Positions 57,545-64,000 of a stretch of DNA of 64,000 bases are shown here, in pieces; position 1 is the stretch's first letter; each line of letters starts with the position of its first letter. The stretch lies in IMG/VR virus record IMGVR_UViG_3300028992_000036; one strand, written 5' to 3'. Both the position numbers and the translations under genes were made by a program. A model generated the notes under the pieces. The model did not search any database. It was not told the DNA's origin and saw only the letters and a list, made by a program, of their open reading frames with translations. This stretch comes from a virus (Duplodnaviria; Heunggongvirae; Uroviricota; Caudoviricetes).

Positions 57545-58873
57545 CTATTGCTCAACCATTTCTGGGGTGATCTTGATTTTTCCTGTCACGGCGCTGTTGA
57601 TCAGGGTGGTTTTATATTCTTTAAGCTTTTCGATTTGTATTTTTTGATACTCTATAGCTCGCTCAACATCACCATTTAATCTGTTAATGTACGTAATAAT
57701 TCCATCTCGTTCATTTTTAGAAGGGGGGAAAGGCACAAAAATGCTATTAAGATTCCCCACTGTAAGCTGATTAATTGTTGATGTAAGAAATGTCCCTGAT
57801 AACATTTTGAAAACATCACTATTTAGAATGCAAAATAAATACTCATTGTGTTTAGATCTGAATACCGTAGTAAAGGCCCCGAAGCTGTTTCCCTCATCAG
57901 CGTCAGATACAAATGCACACTTGCCAATTAGGTCTCGACTTCCATTCCTGGAGCATATCAAAATATCACCTTTTTTAAGCTTTAAGTGCTCAGGAATAAA
58001 GCAATTGACATAAACATTTTCCTTTTCACCATACTTAAACTTCCCTTCGTATAAGTTTGATGATCGCGCAACTAGAGTTCCGCCTTTTTCATCACTTAAA
58101 TCATTTGGCGAATAAGTTAACCCAATGATCGATTTACCAAGATATTTTAACCTCTTAACGTCCCAATGCGCTGGAATCTTACCAATCCAATCCACACCGG
58201 AGTCTTTCATTGGCACATTGGGATCAAGCCCTTGGGTCACCGCCTGTTGGATGATGATCTGCTTACGCTCTTTCAGCAGGCTAATTTGCTGCTCTTTGAT
58301 CGAAATCGCTTCGTCGATTAGAGCGGTTTTCTTGTCGAGGAAGCAGGCAATTAGAAGTTGTTCCTCGGTTGGTGGCAAAAATACCAAGGCTCGTTTTAAT
58401 TGAGGCCAATATAGGTTTCTCTGAATTGTTCCTACACCTTTTGAGCTAACTAAGTAATTAGCCACCATTGCCCCATCTCTGAACAGATAGTTACCAAAGC
58501 GGGGAACTATATCTTCCGATAAAGAAAGAACTAAGTAAGCTGGGCTGACTATTCCTCGGTAATCAGAAACACCGACTGAACCACGCCAAGCTTGCTGATT
58601 ATTTAAAACAAAGTCACCTGGATCTACCAACTGATACTTAGTCAGATCCGAACTGGTTGTATTTGTACGTTTTGCATCAACGTCATCGAATTTTATTACT
58701 CCTTTGTCCAAATAGACTGATAGAAGCTCTTCATTTTCATTATTAGAAATAGATTTTAATTTTGATTTTGCGCACAAAGGAAATGAATTCCAGTGAACTG
58801 GTATGGCCCCTATCCATTCAACACCTGAATCTTTATAAGCCTCATATTTCGGCATTTCAGAAATCTTCATCAT
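57545..58873 (-). CDS. hsdS: Type I restriction-modification specificity subunit
   Basis: 442 aa with two target-recognition halves separated by conserved coiled-coil spacer (EQQISLLKERKQIIIQQAVTQGLD...; C-terminal ...KIQIEKLKEYKTTLINSAVTGKIKI). Confidence 0.85.
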   Translation of the reverse strand: MMKISEMPKYEAYKDSGVEWIGAIPVHWNSFPLCAKSKLKSISNNENEELLSVYLDKGVIKFDDVDAKRTNTTSSDLTKYQLVDPGDFVLNNQQAWRGSVGVSDYRGIVSPAYLVLSLSEDIVPRFGNYLFRDGAMVANYLVSSKGVGTIQRNLYWPQLKRALVFLPPTEEQLLIACFLDKKTALIDEAISIKEQQISLLKERKQIIIQQAVTQGLDPNVPMKDSGVDWIGKIPAHWDVKRLKYLGKSIIGLTYSPNDLSDEKGGTLVARSSNLYEGKFKYGEKENVYVNCFIPEHLKLKKGDILICSRNGSRDLIGKCAFVSDADEGNSFGAFTTVFRSKHNEYLFCILNSDVFKMLSGTFLTSTINQLTVGNLNSIFVPFPPSKNERDGIITYINRLNGDVERAIEYQKIQIEKLKEYKTTLINSAVTGKIKITPEMVEQ

Positions 58874-58879
58874 AACGAC

Positions 58880-61303
58880 TTACCCCTGAACCTTTTTTAC
58901 TTCCGCACCAAGAATCTGCGCAATCAAACCTTCGGCTTTTTGTTCTAGGTTGATGATGTCGGTTGCGACCTCTTCTAAACTACGCAGCGGTTTATGACGG
59001 TAGAAATACTTATTGAAGCTGATTTCATAGCCAATTTTTACCGTATCTAGGTTTATCCATGCTTCATCGACATGAGGCTTCACTTCATCTAGGAAGTACT
59101 GGTAAATGCTTTGCTTTAATGGAACAGATTCTGTATCTCGCAGGTCTGAATTGGTCTCGTAAGTGATATACTCGCCTTTTTTACCGCCTTCTGCTGAAGG
59201 AACGGGGTAATAACCAAAATCTGGCAAGTCAGCGACTTCACACTCATAGCGCTCCAGCAGGTCGTTTAATTTATCACCCGTTAATTTAACTACCTTTTTA
59301 ACCACTTTCTTGGCGGTTTCGTCATACCAGCTCACCGCGTGAAGAATGGCATTTTTCTCAGGTGCTGAAAGCTTAATAGCATGGGCTTTTAGCGATTTAT
59401 CAACTTGGGTTTTAAAGCTATTGAAGTCATCAAATTCAATGCTACCGATGTCAGCCATCAGCGTTTGTGCAGTTTCAAGCAATGCTTTTAGCGCCAGCCA
59501 GTGTTTCACATCAAGCAGTTTGGCCTTAGCCTTAGCATTGAGACTGATGTCGTTATCTTCACACCAAGAAAGAATGTCTTTCTCGATGGATTTTAAGAAG
59601 CTCTTTTTCTGATCTGACCCGTAGCCAGTTTTTTCGTAAACACGTTCGCCGTGCTCTGCGTACACGTACTCCATCACTTCACTAAGTTGCTTATCAAAAC
59701 GCAGTGGGGCTATGGCATCTTGAGTAAACTTGGCTTTGCGGCGATCTGGGCGCTCGATAGTGACTTTGTAGTAGCCAAAATCGTCATTGCTGAATACCTT
59801 ACTGGCGATGCCAACAGGATCATTGTTTGCATCCAGTGCTCTTTCAACATCCTTACACGCGAGGTAAGTATCGGTAATTTCCGTGATGTGCTCAGGCGCA
59901 AATTCGCAGTTTTTGTTACCTAAGTTCTTGCGCAACTTACGGTAGAGCAAGCTGGCATCAATTAATTGCACCTTACCTTTACGCGCCTCAGGTTTATTGT
60001 TGTTCAACACCCAAATGTAAGTGGTAATGCCAGTGTTATAGAACAGGTTATTAGGTAACTGAACGATGGCATCTAGCATGTCGTTTTCAATGATGAAGCG
60101 ACGAATATTACTTTCGCCACCGCCCGCATCACCGGTAAAGAGCGATGAGCCGTTATGAACAGAGGCAATCCGGCTGCCTAATGGACTTACGCTCGGATCT
60201 TTCATCTTGTTGACCATCTCCATTAAGAAAAGCAGCTGGCCATCACTCGAACGTGGCGTGGCATCCACCACTTCGAGATTTCCCCAATAGTCTTTCAGGC
60301 TAACCTTAAAACGCGGGTCAATCACATCGCTGCCGTCTTTAATGTACTTCTGTTCAGACGCCCAACTCTTACCGTATGGCGGGTTAGACAACATAAAGTC
60401 AAAGCGAGAAGCCGCAAACTCGTCGGTAGACAAGGTTGAGCCTACCTTGATGTTCTCAGGGTTGTTACCTTTGATCATCATGTCCGATTTACAAATCGCG
60501 TAGGTCTCGTCATTGATCTCTTTGCCGTAAAGGTAAATATCTCGGCTGTCGTTCGGGTATTTCTCTTCAATGAAGTTTTGAGATTCAGTGAGCATACCAC
60601 CGCTACCACACGCAGGGTCGTAAACGGTCATGGTCAATGGTAGCTGCTCTTTCACTGGGTCAAAAACCAAGTGTGTCATCAGCTCAATCACTTCCCTAGG
60701 TGTAAAGTGCTCACCGGCTTCTTCGTTATTCTCCTCGTTGAACTTACGGATCAACTCTTCGAACACGTACCCCATACCCAGGTTAGTAAGGGCTGGCATC
60801 TTGTTGCCATCTGGGTCTTCGATCGTTTCATGAGTTAAGTTGATGTAAGGGGAAACAAACTTTTCGACGACATCAAGAAGGACTTGCTTTGAGGCCATGT
60901 GACGAATTTGCGACTTGAGGTTAAAGCATTCAATGATTTCTTTAACATTATCGCTAAAGCCAAGCAGGTACTCTTCAAAGTTGGCGAGTAATATCTGTTG
61001 GTTATTCGTTGCGGTGTTGAACAGGGATTTCAGGGTCCATTTAGATGTATTGTAAAAAACATAACCACTAGCCGCCTTCAATGGTTCATCATCAAGCTCC
61101 GTGGCTTGCATCTCTTCTTTTTGGAACTTGACCTCTTCAAGCACGGCTTCTTTGGTGGGTTCAAGTAACGTATCTAAACGTCGTAATACCACCATAGGTA
61201 AAATCACATCGCGGTACTTACCGCGAACGTACACATCACGTAAACAGTCGTCGGCAATGTTCCATATAAATGAGATGAGCTTGTTATGTACACTATGATC
61301 CAT
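58880..61303 (-). CDS. hsdM: Type I restriction-modification methyltransferase subunit with about 280-aa C-terminal extension (start curated to MDHSVHNKLI)
   Basis: HsdM N-terminal domain, motif I DPACGSGGML, motif IV NPPYG; 807 aa versus about 520-540 for classical HsdM. Confidence 0.85.
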   Translation of the reverse strand: MDHSVHNKLISFIWNIADDCLRDVYVRGKYRDVILPMVVLRRLDTLLEPTKEAVLEEVKFQKEEMQATELDDEPLKAASGYVFYNTSKWTLKSLFNTATNNQQILLANFEEYLLGFSDNVKEIIECFNLKSQIRHMASKQVLLDVVEKFVSPYINLTHETIEDPDGNKMPALTNLGMGYVFEELIRKFNEENNEEAGEHFTPREVIELMTHLVFDPVKEQLPLTMTVYDPACGSGGMLTESQNFIEEKYPNDSRDIYLYGKEINDETYAICKSDMMIKGNNPENIKVGSTLSTDEFAASRFDFMLSNPPYGKSWASEQKYIKDGSDVIDPRFKVSLKDYWGNLEVVDATPRSSDGQLLFLMEMVNKMKDPSVSPLGSRIASVHNGSSLFTGDAGGGESNIRRFIIENDMLDAIVQLPNNLFYNTGITTYIWVLNNNKPEARKGKVQLIDASLLYRKLRKNLGNKNCEFAPEHITEITDTYLACKDVERALDANNDPVGIASKVFSNDDFGYYKVTIERPDRRKAKFTQDAIAPLRFDKQLSEVMEYVYAEHGERVYEKTGYGSDQKKSFLKSIEKDILSWCEDNDISLNAKAKAKLLDVKHWLALKALLETAQTLMADIGSIEFDDFNSFKTQVDKSLKAHAIKLSAPEKNAILHAVSWYDETAKKVVKKVVKLTGDKLNDLLERYECEVADLPDFGYYPVPSAEGGKKGEYITYETNSDLRDTESVPLKQSIYQYFLDEVKPHVDEAWINLDTVKIGYEISFNKYFYRHKPLRSLEEVATDIINLEQKAEGLIAQILGAEVKKVQG

Positions 61304-61464
61304 TTTCTTTTCCTGTTCAGTGTTGGTTGCACCCCACAAAGTTGCTGCAACGGCTTCACTATAAATTTAAAATTCTGTTCTTTCTGTAACGCCTAAATGG
61401 CCGCTACATCGTTCGATTAACTTGTTCTACCCGGCGCTAGATTTAAGTTTATGACACCATAAAG

Positions 61465-61512
61465 TGAATCGCCACAGGTTTAATAGACTGAATCGCCACA
61501 GGTTTAACAGAC
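61465..61512. repeat. tandem direct repeat, 2 x about 23 bp (TGAATCGCCACAGGTTTAAYAGAC)
   Basis: Two adjacent near-identical copies 130-170 bp upstream of the hsdM start, at the right edge of the AT-rich RM island. Confidence 0.5.
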
Positions 61513-61535
61513 ACCTCAGAGTCATTTAAGATGAC

Positions 61536-61727
61536 TTAAAGAGAGGTGTACAGCTCGGTATTCAGACCAGTCCACTGACGGCCAACGCCGACAACTTCAC
61601 CGATACCTTTGTCTTCACCCAATTTGTTTACTTTGATGCCAACGTACCCAGGCTCAACACGATCGCAGCCTGTAAGACCCATTGTGCAAACAGCAGCCAC
61701 GATCACTGCCAGTAAACCTTTCTTCAT
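61536..61727 (-). CDS. small lipoprotein
   Basis: MKKGLLAVIVAAVCTMGLTGC with lipobox LTGC; 63 aa. Confidence 0.4.
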   Translation of the reverse strand: MKKGLLAVIVAAVCTMGLTGCDRVEPGYVGIKVNKLGEDKGIGEVVGVGRQWTGLNTELYTSL

Positions 61728-61730
61728 TAC

Positions 61731-61931
61731 TTACTTCCCCTTCGAATTAATTAGTGACTTCAGAAAGTTACGACCAACATTAAAGCCGATAACAGGAGCG
61801 CCAAAAGCAACAATGATTCCAAGCATTACGGCAATATCGCTTTTAGCCGAGATCAGCGACGGAACCAGCAAACAGTAGATGAAAACTACAGATATACCTG
61901 TAGCCACTGCCATCAGATAGAGTTTGATCAT
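61731..61931 (-). CDS. small membrane protein (two predicted TM helices)
   Basis: 66 aa, hydrophobic; immediately upstream of lipoprotein gene. Confidence 0.4.
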   Translation of the reverse strand: MIKLYLMAVATGISVVFIYCLLVPSLISAKSDIAVMLGIIVAFGAPVIGFNVGRNFLKSLINSKGK

Positions 61932-62021
61932 GTGTTTTCCTATGTGGCTATTGTGTGTAGATGGTGAGTAAGTGTTTATATATTTTCAAGGTATAAAGGC
62001 GTCCATTCGGACGCCTGAAAA

Positions 62022-63095
62022 TTAATCTTCTAATTCATCTGTCGGTGATGTCTTCTCGCGCCTGTCATCTATTGCCTGTAACGCAGCAATGATTTCAGCT
62101 AATGGCTTCTCCCGGTACATCTCGACGATCTGTGATTTGGTGTATTTCTTCTCGCCAATTTCCACACGCCCGCTGGCGCTCTTGGGCAGGTATCCTTCCT
62201 CCAGCATGTATTCAACCAGAGACTCGACGACGTCCAGCCCGCGAGTCGGGTCGAAGTAGAATTTCCATGAGCATTTGCCAAACGGAGGCGCGACTTTGTT
62301 TTTAATGCACTCGGCGCCAACGTCCTGTCCGATCTTCTCTTTGCCATCCTTCATGACGGATGCACCCAGACGGATGCGCACCGACGCGTAGAACTTCGGA
62401 GAGTCGCCACCCGGAGACGTAGTCGGATCGCCAAACATCACACCAATTTTGGTACGCACCTGGTTCAAGAAGATGATGCACGCGTTGTACTTACGCGCCC
62501 AAAGCGCCAGAGTAGGGAAGTTCGCACTTGTCGCGCGCGCCAGCGCCGTGTTGTCGTTCATGTTCAGCTGATCTTTGTCTTTCGCAGTGCCTTCTGCCAT
62601 CTTGTCGAACTTCTCAGCCTTCGAGTTCGGAACCATCGACGCCAGAGAGTCGGCTACGATGCAGATAGGGGCTGTTTCCGGAATAAGCTCTTCGTCGCGC
62701 ACCAGCTTGAGGATTGTGCCGATCAGCTCTACGGAGTCTTCGAAGGTATCCGGCTGTTTGTAGACCCACTGACCGTCATCCTCATCTGCGTTCAGGCCAT
62801 TGGCTACAGCCAGGCCAACGTCAAAACTGTTTTCATGATCGAGGAATACCGCCAGACCATCTTGTTTTTGAGCGGAGATCATCGCTGCTGTTGCAAGGAA
62901 CGTTTTCCCTGCACTTGGAGGACCGAATACTTCGACGATACGACCACATGGGAAGCCGCCATCGTAACGACCAGAAATAGCTTTGTTTAACGGTGGAAAG
63001 CCTGTATCAATCCAATGAGTTACTTTCTGAATTTCGTCGTTGCTACCGATTTTCTTTTTCAGAGCAAGTGCCAGTGCGGATTTTCCTTTTGCCAT
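62022..63095 (-). CDS. RecA-like recombinase
   Basis: Walker A GPPSAGKT, and FLNQVRTKIGVMFGDPTTSPGGDSPKFYASVRIRLG closely parallels RecA L2/core region. Confidence 0.85.
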   Translation of the reverse strand: MAKGKSALALALKKKIGSNDEIQKVTHWIDTGFPPLNKAISGRYDGGFPCGRIVEVFGPPSAGKTFLATAAMISAQKQDGLAVFLDHENSFDVGLAVANGLNADEDDGQWVYKQPDTFEDSVELIGTILKLVRDEELIPETAPICIVADSLASMVPNSKAEKFDKMAEGTAKDKDQLNMNDNTALARATSANFPTLALWARKYNACIIFLNQVRTKIGVMFGDPTTSPGGDSPKFYASVRIRLGASVMKDGKEKIGQDVGAECIKNKVAPPFGKCSWKFYFDPTRGLDVVESLVEYMLEEGYLPKSASGRVEIGEKKYTKSQIVEMYREKPLAEIIAALQAIDDRREKTSPTDELED

Positions 63096-63097
63096 GA

Positions 63098-63370
63098 TCA
63101 GGCTCCTTTTGTTTCGTTGATTCGTTTTAAAGCGGCGGATTCGTCGAATACAATCGCATCGTGGTTAAGGAGTCTGGATACACGAGCGAGGATTTTTACG
63201 ACCTGCTCGCTGACTAATCCAAACTCGCGATCTGTCGCTTTCATTCCGGCAGCGCCTAGAATTGACGGCAGTGCGATGACAGCGTACTCACCGTGATAAA
63301 AGACAATCTCTTTTGCCAGTTGGGCAGGGGTGGTTGTAGCGCCATTGATAATCGATTTAAGCATTAGCAA
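63098..63370 (-). CDS. hypothetical small protein
   Basis: 90-aa ORF between the RecA-like and flap nuclease genes. Confidence 0.35.
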   Translation of the reverse strand: MLMLKSIINGATTTPAQLAKEIVFYHGEYAVIALPSILGAAGMKATDREFGLVSEQVVKILARVSRLLNHDAIVFDESAALKRINETKGA

Positions 63371-63924
63371 TACCTTTCGAATGGAAGAACAAACACTTCA
63401 AGGTCTTCAAGGAACGAACGGAAATTCAGCTCGTAGCACAGTTGCTCGAATGCTTTCACGTCACGATTGCCTTTGATTGTTTCGATTTCGGTAGGCGGAA
63501 ACTTCGTCTCAATCAGGTTCATTAGCGTGATGTTTCTCTTGAACGCTTCGAGCATTCGACAGCCTGTTTTCTCGTTGAAGGCATTCTTCGCTAGTTTGTT
63601 GAAGGCGGTCTTATGGCGTCCTTTGTCAACCACGATTGAGCCGTCGTTGATGCCGCGTACCATCGTTGCGACACTTCCCCATTCATGCAGCAGCTCTTTC
63701 GCACCGCCAGCACCAATGCCACCAACACCGCTAATGTTGTCCGATTTATCGCCTTGTAATGCTTTTGCTTCCAAAAATGCGCGAGGAGTAGCGAATCCTG
63801 TCAGCTCCGCAAATTGCTCAAAATTAACCTGCTTGTTTTTGGCGTCTTCGCGCAGGCTTACCCAGCTTACGTTTTCGCGAACTAACTGAAGCCAGTCGCT
63901 ATCGCCTGTTAACAGTGAAGTGGT
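63364..63924 (-). CDS. 5'-3' exonuclease/flap endonuclease, C-terminal part (N-terminal catalytic region missing: in-frame TAA at about 63925-63927 and window edge)
   Basis: LTGDSDWLQLV and H3TH motif GDKSDNISGVGGIGAGGAKELL characteristic of Pol I-type 5' nucleases; ORF-track start is TTG. Confidence 0.55.
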   Translation of the reverse strand, partial: TTSLLTGDSDWLQLVRENVSWVSLREDAKNKQVNFEQFAELTGFATPRAFLEAKALQGDKSDNISGVGGIGAGGAKELLHEWGSVATMVRGINDGSIVVDKGRHKTAFNKLAKNAFNEKTGCRMLEAFKRNITLMNLIETKFPPTEIETIKGNRDVKAFEQLCYELNFRSFLEDLEVFVLPFERYC

Positions 63925-64000
63925 TTACTGAATTTGGCCACCTGAACAGAGGTGATATGCTCACCTCAGAACAACACAGGTGCCATAATGAAAAAAAGAA

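Overview
The window is a mosaic. Its backbone looks like a temperate phage-plasmid (P1/SSU5/pHCM2-like by gene content; this is inference from memory, not a database hit). Almost all backbone genes are on the minus strand: (i) a virion/packaging module at 80-8109 (terminase small and large subunits, portal, scaffold, major capsid, Ig-like decoration protein); (ii) an unusual block at 8306-13121 (small DNA-binding protein, GNAT-like protein, stand-alone ABC-type ATPase, two ParB-like nuclease-domain proteins, divergent SF2 helicase); (iii) small-gene clusters bracketed by iteron-like arrays at 16.6-20 kb; (iv) a nucleotide-metabolism and recombination module at 27-48.5 kb (two N6-adenine methyltransferases, TerB-like protein, RNase HI, DEDDh exonuclease, P-loop kinase, DHFR, thymidylate synthase, MazG-like protein, NrdAB, RuvC-like resolvase, SbcCD); (v) a RepA-iteron plasmid replicon at 49.5-51.4 kb; (vi) RecA-like recombinase and a 5'-3' flap nuclease at the right edge. 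Three things interrupt this backbone: an intact IS2 with a 5-bp target duplication (21504-22834); a 3.5-kb segment carrying near-canonical E. coli housekeeping genes metG and mrp/apbC (23427-26718), flanked by direct copies of a backbone intergenic repeat; and an AT-rich Type I restriction-modification island (53340-61339, hsdM-hsdS-X-hsdR) sitting next to a truncated IS3-family element that contains an assembly gap (N run 53112-53148). The strongest candidate for an undescribed system is gene X (56372-57535), a 387-aa PD-(D/E)xK-like protein embedded between hsdS and hsdR in the position PrrC occupies in prr loci, but without any P-loop. Other candidates are the GNAT/ATPase/ParB/ParB/helicase block and an AT-rich three-gene cassette at 15.0-16.2 kb. 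Two palindromic motif families recur upstream of backbone genes and look like a phage-wide regulatory code. All coordinates for motifs were counted by hand from the printed sequence and may be off by 1-2 nt; CDS coordinates follow the ORF track, with starts curated where an internal ATG has a better Shine-Dalgarno.
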